From NCBI GenBank assembly GCA_023953615.1, contig JAMLJH010000002.1, positions 396,592 through 460,591 on the forward strand: DNA of 64,000 nucleotides. The letters run 5' to 3'. The notes beneath the pieces are model-generated. The model saw only the letters and a program-made list of their open reading frames with translations. It searched no databases and was not told the DNA's origin. Source of the DNA: Verrucomicrobiia bacterium. Its GTDB lineage: Bacteria; Verrucomicrobiota; Verrucomicrobiia; Limisphaerales; JADLHS01. The translations under genes and the position numbers were made by a program. Position 1 is the first letter of the stretch; every line of letters starts with the position of its first letter. Positions 9,999 to 19,804 of this stretch are shown here, in pieces.

Positions 9999-11159
9999 AT
10001 GAAGACCGCTGTAACCACACTGATGGCTTGCGTTGCCGCCCTGCTCGTGTTGGGGCTGGTGATGTTGTACAGCTCGACGATGAACGATCTAAACCGGTCC
10101 ACGGGGCAGTTCACCGGTCCGAAGTTGTTCGTCTCCCAGTTGGTTTGGTGCGGCCTGGGATTGGGCGCGTGTCTTGTGGCGACGTTGGTTGATTATCGGC
10201 TGCTGCGAAAATACGCCTGGGTTTTGTATGCCCTGGCCGCGGGGTTGCTCCTGGCCGTGCTGGTGTTGCCCGAACCGTGGGGCAAACCCATCAACGGCGC
10301 CCGACGTTGGCTCAATTTGCCGTTCAGCAACGTGCAACCCTCCGAATTCGCCAAGCTTGCTTTGATCATCGTTATGGCCTGGTATTGCGAGCGTTACCAG
10401 CGCCGGATGCGTAATTGGACGCGCGGCGTCATTATCCCCGGCGGCATCATGGCGGTATTGTTGGGGCTGATTTTTGTCGAACCCGATCGCGGCACCACCA
10501 TTTTGCTGGCGGCCATTGGCGGGACCATGCTGCTCATGGCCGGAGTCCAATGGCGGTTTTTTGTTCCGCCCGCCTTGTTGGCAGTGGCAGGACTGGCCTT
10601 TTCCATCTGGCAGGATCCCATGCGCATGAAGCGGATTTTTAGCTGGCTCTACTTGGAGGAAAATCGTGAGGGCGTTGGCTATCAGGCGTACCAGGCGATG
10701 ATCGCCCTCGGCGCCGGCGGCTGGTCTGGATTGGGCTTGGGGAATGGTCGCCAAAAAATGGGTTTCGTGCCGGAGCACCACACGGATTTCATTCTTTCGA
10801 TCATCGGTGAAGAACTGGGATTGGTTGCCACCTTGGGCGTCGTGCTGGCTTTTGTGCTGATTTTTATCTGCGGATTTTACATCGCGTCGCGCGCCCGGGA
10901 CACGTTCGGCATGATGCTCGCCGCGGGCATCAGTTTTCTGATTGGGTTGCAAGCCTTCATCAACATCGGCGTTGTGACCAGCACGCTGCCCAACAAAGGA
11001 TTGGCGTTGCCGTTCATCAGTTATGGCGGATCAAGTTTGCTGGTCATGTTGACGGCGGTCGGGCTGTTGTTGAGTGTGGCGCGGCAAGGTCGCGCCCCTG
11101 AACCGAAACCGGTCAATCCCTTCACCGCGGACGAATTCCCCGAGGCCCAAACCACATGA
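9999..11159 (+). CDS. ftsW: SEDS-family peptidoglycan glycosyltransferase FtsW
   Basis: About 10 TM segments with VQPSEFAKLALII and PFISYGGSS motifs. The ORF opens at 9951, but the ATG at 9999 precedes the first TM segment. Confidence 0.9.
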   Translation: MKTAVTTLMACVAALLVLGLVMLYSSTMNDLNRSTGQFTGPKLFVSQLVWCGLGLGACLVATLVDYRLLRKYAWVLYALAAGLLLAVLVLPEPWGKPINGARRWLNLPFSNVQPSEFAKLALIIVMAWYCERYQRRMRNWTRGVIIPGGIMAVLLGLIFVEPDRGTTILLAAIGGTMLLMAGVQWRFFVPPALLAVAGLAFSIWQDPMRMKRIFSWLYLEENREGVGYQAYQAMIALGAGGWSGLGLGNGRQKMGFVPEHHTDFILSIIGEELGLVATLGVVLAFVLIFICGFYIASRARDTFGMMLAAGISFLIGLQAFINIGVVTSTLPNKGLALPFISYGGSSLLVMLTAVGLLLSVARQGRAPEPKPVNPFTADEFPEAQTT

Positions 11160-12352
11160 CGGCGACCTCATCCGCTCCCCTTCATGTCGCCATTGCTTGT
11201 GGCGGCACGGGCGGACATCTCTTTCCGGGACTGGCGGTGGCTGAACAACTTCGGGCTTGCGGAGTCGCGGTCAGCGTTTTGATTTCGCCGAAGGAGGTGG
11301 ATCAACAAGCGGTGCGCGCCGCGTCGGGAGTCGAGGTGGCCACGCTGCCGGCGGTGGCCTGGCAACGGGGAAGTCGGCTCGGATTTTTTCTCGGATTTTT
11401 CCAATCCTGGCGTGCCGCGCGACGATTGTTTCGTTCCCGGAATACTGCCGCCGTTTTAGCCATGGGCGGTTTCACCGCCGCGCCTCCGGTGTTGGCGGGA
11501 CGCGGGTTGCGCTGCAAAACTTTTCTGCACGAATCCAACACCATTCCCGGCAAAGCGAACCGTTGGTTGGCGTCGCGGGTGGACGTGGCGTTCGTCGGGT
11601 TTCCCGAAGCCTCGCGGCGTTTGTCGGCGCGGGAATTTGCGGTTACTGGCACGCCGGTGCGGGCGGAACTGCGCCGCGGTGACGCTGCGGCGAGTCGAAT
11701 GGAGTTGGGTCTCGACCCGGATCGCCCGGTCGTTTTGATCACGGGCGGCAGTCAGGGGGCGAGCCGCATCAACAACCTGATCTTGGAAACTTTACCGCAT
11801 CTGACCGGGCCAACCAGGAATTGGCAATGGCTGCATCTGGCCGGGACGCGCGACGTGGAAACGGTTCGCGCCGCTTACGCAGCCTGCGGAGTGACGGCGA
11901 TGGTGCATCCGTTTTTGAACCGAATGCCCCTGGCTTTGCGCGCCGCGACTGTTTGCGTCAGCCGCGCCGGCGCCTCTTCGCTGGCGGAGTTGGCCGCCGT
12001 TCGCTTGCCCGCCATTTTGATTCCGTTGCCCAGTGCTGCTGATAATCATCAATGGCATAACGCCCACGCCTACGCGGAAAGCGGTGCCGCCATTTTACTG
12101 GAGCAACCCACCGTGACTCCCGAGCGGCTGGTGAAGTCGTTGCAAGGGCTGATTGAGGACGCGATTGCCCGGGCCACCATGCAAACCGCGTTGGCCAAGT
12201 GGGATCACTCGAAAGCTGCTGAGATGATTGTGGGCCGGATTTTGCAAACGCTTGGTCGTTCGGTGGCGGCGGAAAAACTTTCGCTCGAAAAGCTGTCGGG
12301 AAGTGACGAGGAATCGCGATTGATGCAAATCGAAAGTGTGGTTGTGGTATGA
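11156..12352 (+). CDS. murG: UDP-GlcNAc:lipid I N-acetylglucosaminyltransferase MurG
   Basis: GGTGGHLFPGLAVAE N-terminal motif. It overlaps ftsW by 4 nt. Confidence 0.92.
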   Translation: MTATSSAPLHVAIACGGTGGHLFPGLAVAEQLRACGVAVSVLISPKEVDQQAVRAASGVEVATLPAVAWQRGSRLGFFLGFFQSWRAARRLFRSRNTAAVLAMGGFTAAPPVLAGRGLRCKTFLHESNTIPGKANRWLASRVDVAFVGFPEASRRLSAREFAVTGTPVRAELRRGDAAASRMELGLDPDRPVVLITGGSQGASRINNLILETLPHLTGPTRNWQWLHLAGTRDVETVRAAYAACGVTAMVHPFLNRMPLALRAATVCVSRAGASSLAELAAVRLPAILIPLPSAADNHQWHNAHAYAESGAAILLEQPTVTPERLVKSLQGLIEDAIARATMQTALAKWDHSKAAEMIVGRILQTLGRSVAAEKLSLEKLSGSDEESRLMQIESVVVV

Positions 12353-13299
12353 ATGTGTCACCCTTTCCGCCCGCCGCCGATGCCTCGCATTGTGACGCGC
12401 CGTTGCGCGGGTTGGAGTCGGTCGTTTCGGCCGCCACGGTCATCCGGCGCAATGCCCCTCTGGCTAAACGCACCACGTTCCGCGTCGGGGGGGCTGCGGA
12501 CTTTTATGTCGAACCCGCTTCGGAAACGGAGTTGGCGGCGGTGCTGCGTTGGTGTGCGGAATTTGCGGTGCCCTTTTTTGTCCTCGGTCGCGGCTCAAAT
12601 TTGCTGGTGCGCGATGGCGGTTTTCGCGGGGTCGTCATCTGTTTGGCGCATCCAAGTTTTAGCGCGGTGGTGGTGGATGGCGAACGGTTGCGTTGCGGGG
12701 CCGGGGCGCGCTTGAAGCAGGTGGCGGTTGACGCAAAGCGCGCCGGTTTGACGGGCGTGGAATTTTTTGAGGGCATTCCCGGCAGTGTGGGAGGCGCGTT
12801 GCGCATGAACGCCGGCGCGATGGGGAGTGAAACTTTCCGCGTGGTGGAATCCGTGCGCGTGATGGATGCAACCGGAGTTGGGCGCGATTTGGCGGCGAGC
12901 GAAATTGAATTTACCTATCGCAGTTGCGCATTGCTGAAAACGCATCTGGCGTTGGGCGCGGTTTTCAAATGCCGCGCTTCGACTCGTGAGGAAGTTGAAC
13001 ATCGGATGAAGGAGTTCAGCCTCAAGCGTTGGAGTTCGCAGCCGGCGGCTTCCAGCGCGGGTTGTTGCTTCAAGAATCCGCCGAACGTCCCCGCGGGCAA
13101 ATTGGTGGATGAATTGGGATTGAAAGGAACGAAAGTTGGCGGCGCGATGGTTTCCCTGGAGCACGGCAATTTTGTCATCAACGACGGCACGGCCACGGCG
13201 CGGGACATTTTGAATTTGCTGGCGCTGATTCAGGCCAAAGCCAAAACCGAGCGCGGCATTGAGCTGACGACGGAAGTCCAGATCGTCGGGGAGGATTGA
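12349..13299 (+). CDS. murB: UDP-N-acetylenolpyruvoylglucosamine reductase MurB
   Basis: TTFRVGGAADFYVEP, GRGSNLLV and GSVGGALRMNAGA motifs. It overlaps murG by 4 nt. Confidence 0.92.
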   Translation: MNVSPFPPAADASHCDAPLRGLESVVSAATVIRRNAPLAKRTTFRVGGAADFYVEPASETELAAVLRWCAEFAVPFFVLGRGSNLLVRDGGFRGVVICLAHPSFSAVVVDGERLRCGAGARLKQVAVDAKRAGLTGVEFFEGIPGSVGGALRMNAGAMGSETFRVVESVRVMDATGVGRDLAASEIEFTYRSCALLKTHLALGAVFKCRASTREEVEHRMKEFSLKRWSSQPAASSAGCCFKNPPNVPAGKLVDELGLKGTKVGGAMVSLEHGNFVINDGTATARDILNLLALIQAKAKTERGIELTTEVQIVGED

Positions 13300-13303
13300 A
13301 CCA

Positions 13304-14212
13304 GTGGCGATGATTGAAAAGCTGAATATCACGGTCATGTTGGGCGGCCCGAGTGCGGAACGGGAAGTCTCGCTGCGTTCCGGCGCGTCCGTCGCGGCGG
13401 CGTTGCGTTCACTGGGGCATCGGGTTGCGGAACTCGATCCGCAATCGCCGGACTGGAAACTGCCGTCGCCGACGGACGTGGTTTTTCTGGCTTTGCACGG
13501 GACCTACGGTGAGGACGGTACGGTGCAGGCCGAATTGGAGCAACGGGGCGTGCCTTACACCGGGTGCGATGCGGCGGCCAGCCGGATCGGATTTGATAAG
13601 GCGTTGACGAAGGAAGCGTTGGTTGCCGCCGGAGTGCCGACCGCCCGATCCCTCGTGGTGGCCACGTCGGACACACCCTGGCCGACGGGGTGGAATCCGC
13701 CGCTGGTCATCAAACCGGTGCGCCAGGGTTCGAGCGTTGGCCTCCAGTTTGTCGAACGACGGGAGGAATGGTCCACCGCTTTGGCGGAAGCCTTGCGCCA
13801 CGACTCGCGCGTGTTGGTTGAGGAGAAAATAATCGGCCGCGAAACGACCGTGGGCATCCTGGACGATCAACCGTTGCCGATTGTGGAAGTGCGACCGAAA
13901 TCCGGCACCTACGACTATCAAAATAAATACACCGCCGGCCGGACGGATTATTTTTGCCCGGCTGATTTTGATCCGGCCACCACGGAACGCATTCAGGCTG
14001 CCGGCCGCGCGGCGTTTAAGGCGGTGGGTGGTCGCGATTATGCCCGCGTGGATGTGATGGTGCGCACCAACGGTGATCCGGTGGTGTTGGAAATCAACAC
14101 GCTCCCGGGGATGACGGAAACCAGCTTGTTGCCCAAGGCCGCGGCGGCGGCGGGAATCACTTATCCGGAGTTGTGCCAGCGCATGGTTGCCCTGGCGCTT
14201 AAACGCAAATGA
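13304..14212 (+). CDS. ddl: D-alanine--D-alanine ligase
   Basis: GGPSAEREVSLRSG, HGTYGEDGTVQ and EINTLPGMT motifs. Confidence 0.93.
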   Translation: MAMIEKLNITVMLGGPSAEREVSLRSGASVAAALRSLGHRVAELDPQSPDWKLPSPTDVVFLALHGTYGEDGTVQAELEQRGVPYTGCDAAASRIGFDKALTKEALVAAGVPTARSLVVATSDTPWPTGWNPPLVIKPVRQGSSVGLQFVERREEWSTALAEALRHDSRVLVEEKIIGRETTVGILDDQPLPIVEVRPKSGTYDYQNKYTAGRTDYFCPADFDPATTERIQAAGRAAFKAVGGRDYARVDVMVRTNGDPVVLEINTLPGMTETSLLPKAAAAAGITYPELCQRMVALALKRK

Positions 14213-15168
14213 GTTGGATCAAACGCAAACCTGTCAACCGACGCGTTGGGCGCATTCACGTCCTGGATGTGAAATTGCGCTCGGATCAAGTGCGTCGCGC
14301 GCGTTTGCGCAAGACGAGCCTGGCGCTGGCGGCGTTGCTCGGCACGGTGGTTGGCGCGTTCGCGCTGTGGCACGCGGGACAGTGGGTGGTTGGCGAATTG
14401 GTTTATAGAAATTCAGCGTTCGCGATTCGCACCATCGAAGTGCATACGGATGGCGCGATCGCGCCGGATCAACTGCGTCGTTGGGCCAACGTCCGTCCCG
14501 GTCAGAATCTTCTGGCGCTGGACCTGGCGCGCGTAAAACGTGATTTGCAATTGTCCCCGGCGCTGGAAACGGTCATGGTCGAACGCATCCTTCCGCATAC
14601 GTTGCGCATCCAGGTGGCCGAGCGCGAGCCGGTTTTGCAGGTGAGCGTGCCCACGGTGCGCGCTCCAGGTCACTTGGAAGCGGCTGTTTTCTACATCGGA
14701 ACGGACGGCGTGGTGATGCTGCCGTTGGATGCAAGGCGGCGCACCCGGCCGCTGTTGGCTGCGGACGATGGATTGCCGCAATTATCCGGTTTGAACCTGG
14801 GAGACGTGCGACCGGGCCAGCGGCTGGCGTCGCCCGCCGTGCAGTCGGCATTGCGATTGGTCAATGAATTTGCTTATTCGCCGCTGGCGGGTTTGGTGGA
14901 CTTGCGGCGGATTGATGTCAGCGCGGTGGATGTCATTGTGGTGACGACGGCGCAAGGCAGTGAGGTAACCCTCGGGTTCGAGAATTTGGAACAGCAATTA
15001 CGGCGTTGGCGGCAGATCCATGATCTCGGCGTGCGAACGCATCGGAACGTCGCCAGCATTGATTTGTCCGTGTCGAACAATGTCCCGGTGCGCTGGCTCG
15101 AGGCGAACATTGTGCCGCCGCCCGCCAAGCCCCCTAAACCCATTCGAAACAAGAAACGCAATGTTTGA
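14209..15168 (+). CDS. ftsQ: Cell division protein FtsQ (POTRA domain)
   Basis: Single TM segment followed by a POTRA-like segment (IRTIEVHTDG...RIQVAEREP), in the dcw position. Confidence 0.8.
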   Translation: MSWIKRKPVNRRVGRIHVLDVKLRSDQVRRARLRKTSLALAALLGTVVGAFALWHAGQWVVGELVYRNSAFAIRTIEVHTDGAIAPDQLRRWANVRPGQNLLALDLARVKRDLQLSPALETVMVERILPHTLRIQVAEREPVLQVSVPTVRAPGHLEAAVFYIGTDGVVMLPLDARRRTRPLLAADDGLPQLSGLNLGDVRPGQRLASPAVQSALRLVNEFAYSPLAGLVDLRRIDVSAVDVIVVTTAQGSEVTLGFENLEQQLRRWRQIHDLGVRTHRNVASIDLSVSNNVPVRWLEANIVPPPAKPPKPIRNKKRNV

Positions 15169-16381
15169 TTCCTCTTCAATCGTCGTTGGTCTGGAAATCG
15201 GAACGTCCAAGGTTTGCGTGATTGTGGGCGAGGTCAATGGTGAATCCGCCCCCAACATCATCGGGGTGGCGCGCTTAAAGTCTCGCGGAGTGCGCAAGGG
15301 CGAAATCATAGATCCCCGGGCGGTGGAGGAAGATGTGCGCACGGTTATCAGCGACGTGGAAAACCAGACCAAAGTTGAAATCAACAGCGTTTACTTGGGT
15401 GTATCGGGCGGCCACATCCGCGGTTTCAATAATCGGGGCATGCACCCGGTGGTTTCAGCGGATCGCGAAATCAGTCACGAGGACGTTGCGGATGTCGTCA
15501 AGAACGCCAAAGCCATCAATCTGCCGCAGGAGCACACCGTGCTTCATGCCATCCGCCAGGACTTTTTTGTGGATGGCCAGAATGGCGTCAAACGGCCCGT
15601 CGGCATGTTGGGGGCGCGGTTGGAGGTGGACGTTCATGTCGTGCATGGACATTTGAACCGCCTGCAGAATGCCGTGCGTGTGGTGCGCGGCATGCAACTG
15701 GAGGTGGAGGAGGTGGTTTTTAACGGCCTGGCGTCATCGCTGGCGGTGCTGACGCCGGTGCAAAAAAATCTCGGCGCGTTACTCATAGATTTGGGGGCGG
15801 GCACGACGAATTACGTGGTGTACGAGCGGGGCGTGGTGCGGCACACCGGCGTTTTGGCGGTGGGCGGCGATCACGTGACCAACGATCTGGCTTACGGTTT
15901 GAAGGTGCCGCAAGGTCGTGCGGAACAACTCAAGATTGCCCACGGTCATGCGTTGATGGCCGCGAGAGATGAGGATCTGAACGTCGAAATCAAGAATGAT
16001 CTCGGGTTGCCGATGAACCGGATCAACCTGAATCATTTGCGGCGGATCATGTCGCTGCGGCTCGAGGAAACGTTTGAATTGATTGCTCAGGACGTGGCGC
16101 AAAAAGGTTTGCTGGAATATCTGCGCGCCGGCGTGGTCTTGACGGGAGGCGGCTCGCGAAGCCGTGGCATCACGGAACTGGCGGAGCAGGTGTTTGGGTT
16201 GCCGGTGACGGTTGGCAAGATCACCGGGGTCAGCAGTTTGAAGTCCTCCATTGACGAGCCTGAATTCGCGACGGGGGTTGGCCTGATTTATTTCGGCTCG
16301 TTGAAAAGTCGGCGGGAACAACAACGCCCCTCACTATTCGGCAGCCTCAAACACGCATTGGGAAAATTACTGCCTCGTTAA
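15161..16381 (+). CDS. ftsA: Cell division protein FtsA
   Basis: The actin-like fold begins MFDSSSIVVGLEIGTSKVCVIVGE, with DLGAGTT and LTGGGS motifs. The ATG at 15161 overlaps the ftsQ end. Confidence 0.92.
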   Translation: MFDSSSIVVGLEIGTSKVCVIVGEVNGESAPNIIGVARLKSRGVRKGEIIDPRAVEEDVRTVISDVENQTKVEINSVYLGVSGGHIRGFNNRGMHPVVSADREISHEDVADVVKNAKAINLPQEHTVLHAIRQDFFVDGQNGVKRPVGMLGARLEVDVHVVHGHLNRLQNAVRVVRGMQLEVEEVVFNGLASSLAVLTPVQKNLGALLIDLGAGTTNYVVYERGVVRHTGVLAVGGDHVTNDLAYGLKVPQGRAEQLKIAHGHALMAARDEDLNVEIKNDLGLPMNRINLNHLRRIMSLRLEETFELIAQDVAQKGLLEYLRAGVVLTGGGSRSRGITELAEQVFGLPVTVGKITGVSSLKSSIDEPEFATGVGLIYFGSLKSRREQQRPSLFGSLKHALGKLLPR

Positions 16382-16393
16382 CCTTGCAATTTT

Positions 16394-17707
16394 ATGGAAG
16401 CCCAAGCTGAAAAAACCTCAGGCGCGGCGAACCCCGACGCAACCGTTCGCGTTAAAATCATCGGGGTCGGCACGGCGGGCGCGATGTTGGTCAAGGCGCT
16501 GCCACTGTCGGAATTTGCCCCGGCCAGTTTGGCGTTCGTGAACACCGACGCTTCAATTCCGGTCGGGCCGCAACCGCAGTTGTTGCTGACGTCGCAACCG
16601 CTGCGGGGTTTGGGCACCGGAGGCGACCCCGAGCTGGGCCGTCAATTGGCCGAGGAGCGTTATGCGGATTTGCAGGCCATCTGTGCCCAGACTGACGTTG
16701 TCTTTCTGCTGGCGGGATTGGGGGGCGGCGCCGGCTCCGGGGTGACTCCGGTGTTGGCTCGAGCCGCGAAAGAAAGCGGAGCGCTGGTGCTGGCCTTCGT
16801 GACCCTGCCGTTTGCCTGCGAAGGGAATCGCCGCCAATTACAGGCGCAACAAGCCTTGGCGGAACTTAATGGCGAAGCTGACGCCGCGGTTTGCCTCGCC
16901 AACCAGAAAGTGCTGCCGCTGCTCAACGAGCGCGCGACGGTGTTGGAAAGTTTTCACGCCGGCGCGCAACTGTTGATCGAAGCCGTGCGCGGCGCGTGGC
17001 GTTTGCTGCAACGTTCGGGTCTGGTTCAATTACGCTTTCAGGACCTCTGCGCCGTCCTGCGGGAAAATCATGAGGCCAGTTGTTTTGCCACGGTGGAGGC
17101 TCAGGGCGCCACGCGAGGGCCGCTGGTGCTTGAGAAAATACTGGCTCATCCGTTGCTGGCGGGAGGAGAAGCTTTCACCGGCGCCACGAGCATGCTGGTC
17201 AGCATTGTAGGCGGCTCGGATCTGACGATGGCCGAGGTGGATGAATTGATGCGAAAACTTTCCGAACGCTGCATCGGCACCCGCATACTGATGGGGGCCA
17301 CGATTGATCCGGCTTTTCAGGATCGCCTCAGTGTCACCGTGTTTGTGGCTTGCGCTGCCAAAGCGGAACGCGCCGCCGCGGGCGGGCCGGACGGTCAGCG
17401 GAAACCAGCCGCCGCCACTCAGTTGGATGTCGAACTGTTGAATCCCGAAGACACCACTCGCCCGGAATCGCGACTCGAGCCGGCGGCGACGCCGCTGACT
17501 GCGGATCAACGCGCCACCATTTTGACCAAACAGGTTGGTAAATCGGGGCGCGTTCGTAAACGCGTCGCCAGCCCCCGCATGAAACAGACGACTTTGCCCC
17601 TGGACCTGGTGAGCAAGGGACGCTTCGATAAGAGCGAGCCGACAATTCACAAGGGAGAGGATTTGGACCTGCCCACTTACGTGCGTCGCGGCATTTCCCT
17701 GAATTAA
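16394..17707 (+). CDS. ftsZ: Divergent FtsZ
   Basis: Tubulin/FtsZ layout (IGVGTAGA, NTDA, GLGTGGDPELG, GLGGGAGSG, PFACEGNRR) and a C-terminal FtsA-binding-type peptide (DLDLPTYVRR). The T1, T4 and T7 loops are non-canonical. Confidence 0.85.
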   Translation: MEAQAEKTSGAANPDATVRVKIIGVGTAGAMLVKALPLSEFAPASLAFVNTDASIPVGPQPQLLLTSQPLRGLGTGGDPELGRQLAEERYADLQAICAQTDVVFLLAGLGGGAGSGVTPVLARAAKESGALVLAFVTLPFACEGNRRQLQAQQALAELNGEADAAVCLANQKVLPLLNERATVLESFHAGAQLLIEAVRGAWRLLQRSGLVQLRFQDLCAVLRENHEASCFATVEAQGATRGPLVLEKILAHPLLAGGEAFTGATSMLVSIVGGSDLTMAEVDELMRKLSERCIGTRILMGATIDPAFQDRLSVTVFVACAAKAERAAAGGPDGQRKPAAATQLDVELLNPEDTTRPESRLEPAATPLTADQRATILTKQVGKSGRVRKRVASPRMKQTTLPLDLVSKGRFDKSEPTIHKGEDLDLPTYVRRGISLN

Positions 17708-17853
17708 GTCATCGCATTTCCACAGCGTGCAGTTGCCTCTCCGCGATTTTTCGCATCGGGCTTTTTGCGGGCATTTTTTGTAGAAATACGGATGTAAAAA
17801 TCAGTGGTTCCCGTAGTTGCGGATTTTCCTGATTGGGAAAAGACTGAGACTCA

Positions 17854-18573
17854 ATGAAACGTCCAGTTGTTGTTTGTCTGGCTGCCGCGATGATGATGTC
17901 GGGTGGAGTGTACTCCAGCCTCGCGGGACTTTACAACGGAAGCTTCGAATCGTGGGATGTCGTGGGCTGGTCCGTTAGCAACGACATGGGCACCCGGGCG
18001 TCAGATTTGTCCCTGCGACCCGCCGGACTGGTCCGGACGATGTCTTCCTGGGGCGAAAATTTCAATCTCAGCTCGACGCTTACTCCCGCAGCCGGACAGC
18101 GCTTTCTGGCGCTCAACACGCGTGCCGCTGGCGATTTTCTGGGTAACGACAGCTATCAAACTTACGTGAGCCAGACGCTTGATTTCGGGATCGGCGATAC
18201 TTTGTCCGGCTGGGCGGCCTTTTTTGCTGGGGACGATACTCCCTCCGATTCGGCTTGGGTGCGGATTTTCGACTCACAAGGTGAACTCGTGGCGACGCCT
18301 TGGCAGGCAACCTCGGGAGCCGTCGCGGCCGCTTTGCTTGATCCTTCCGCGCCGAGTTGGAGTCTCTGGCAATGGTCCGCACCGGCGGCTGGTTCGTATT
18401 TATTGCAACTGGGTGTTTCGACCAGTGACGCCAATAACGATGCCAGTTACGGTTTCTTTGATGGCGTGAACTTCCAATCCAGCCCTGTGCCTGAACCCGC
18501 TTCGATGACCATCGCGTTGGTGAGCGGTTTGATTTGGGTGATGTGCCGGCAATGCTTTGGCCGGCGGTGCTGA
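17854..18573 (+). CDS. PEP-CTERM sorting-domain protein
   Basis: Signal peptide. The C-terminus has VPEPAS, a hydrophobic helix and a basic tail (GRRC). Confidence 0.8.
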   Translation: MKRPVVVCLAAAMMMSGGVYSSLAGLYNGSFESWDVVGWSVSNDMGTRASDLSLRPAGLVRTMSSWGENFNLSSTLTPAAGQRFLALNTRAAGDFLGNDSYQTYVSQTLDFGIGDTLSGWAAFFAGDDTPSDSAWVRIFDSQGELVATPWQATSGAVAAALLDPSAPSWSLWQWSAPAAGSYLLQLGVSTSDANNDASYGFFDGVNFQSSPVPEPASMTIALVSGLIWVMCRQCFGRRC

Positions 18574-18605
18574 GGCCGCCGAAGCGGCGCTGCTTATTTC
18601 GGTTC

Positions 18606-18637
18606 AACAACGCCCCGGATGATTCCGGGGCGTTGTT
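18606..18637. terminator. 13-bp perfect stem-loop between convergent genes
   Basis: aacaacgccccgg / atgatt / ccggggcgttgtt followed by gttt, located between the 17854-18573 (+) and 18677-19804 (-) genes. Confidence 0.6.
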
Positions 18638-18676
18638 GTTTAAGCTTCGGATCGCTTCAACCTGGGAGCGCCGGGT

Positions 18677-19804
18677 TTAATGAGTGAACTGTGGCAGACG
18701 GATAATCTTGCCGCCTTGCAACGCCGAATCATGCGCGCACAATCCCACGCACGTCCAGTTGGCGGATTGTTTGGCATTCGGAAAGGGATCGCGATTCTCG
18801 ACCAGCGCCGAAGCGAACTCGTGGGTCAGATGCGGGTGACTGCCGCCGTGACCGCTGCCCTGCGTGAAACTCAAGTGGGTCTTCTTTGATGCGTCATAGA
18901 CCCCTTGTTTCGTGTATTTGGCGATGCTCTTGGGCAGGCGCTTGGCGAAGTCCGGGCAGGTAACGCGTTGCGGAATCTTGGGTTCGGGTTTCTTCGCCGC
19001 ATGCACCACCAGCGGTTCGTGTTCGATCAACGGCCACTCCACCGTCCGCTTCGAGCCATAAACGTCAATGCTCTCACGATACTGCCGCGCGGTGTCAAAC
19101 AAGCTGCGGATGATTCGGCCCGATACGTCGGTCCCCTTGAATTTGATGTGCGCCGTCTCCACGGCGAAAGGCGAACCGTAGCACTTGATCAGTTCCTTGC
19201 GGATGGTGCCCGAGCCGAAACACGAAACGTACTCCGCCGGTTTACCAATCAGTCCGGCCACCGGACCCACGCAATGCGTGGCGTACCACATCGGCGGCAG
19301 CCCGGGCCAATAATTTGGCCAGCCGTCCATGTCCTGTTGATGACTCGCTTGGACAAATTGCAGTTTGCCCAACTCGCCCTTGTCGAGCCGTTCCTTCATG
19401 AAAAGGTATTCCCGGGCGTACACCACGGTTTCCATCATCATGTATTTCAATCCCGTGCGCCGCGCCAGCTCCACGATCTTTTTGCAATCGGCGATGCTGG
19501 TCGCCATCGGGACGGTGCAGGCCACGTGCTTGCCCGCCTTGAGCGCGGCGATGCTCATCCAGGCGTGATCCGGGATGGGCGAATTGATGTGAACGGCATC
19601 CACATTCGGGTCCTTGAGCAGTTGCGCGAAATCCGTGTAACGGTTGGTCACGCCAAAGTAGTCGCCCACGGCGTCCAGTTTCTTCCGGTTACGCTGACAA
19701 ATGGCGTAACAATGAGTGTGTGGATGTTTTTGCCAGAGGGGAATAAATTCCGCCCCGAACCCCAGTCCGACAATCGCGATATTGAATTTTTTGCTCATAA
19801 TCAA
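18677..19804 (-). CDS. Gfo/Idh/MocA family oxidoreductase
   Basis: N-terminal Rossmann segment FNIAIVGLGFGAEFIP, with family-typical length and layout. Confidence 0.8.
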   Translation of the reverse strand: MIMSKKFNIAIVGLGFGAEFIPLWQKHPHTHCYAICQRNRKKLDAVGDYFGVTNRYTDFAQLLKDPNVDAVHINSPIPDHAWMSIAALKAGKHVACTVPMATSIADCKKIVELARRTGLKYMMMETVVYAREYLFMKERLDKGELGKLQFVQASHQQDMDGWPNYWPGLPPMWYATHCVGPVAGLIGKPAEYVSCFGSGTIRKELIKCYGSPFAVETAHIKFKGTDVSGRIIRSLFDTARQYRESIDVYGSKRTVEWPLIEHEPLVVHAAKKPEPKIPQRVTCPDFAKRLPKSIAKYTKQGVYDASKKTHLSFTQGSGHGGSHPHLTHEFASALVENRDPFPNAKQSANWTCVGLCAHDSALQGGKIIRLPQFTH

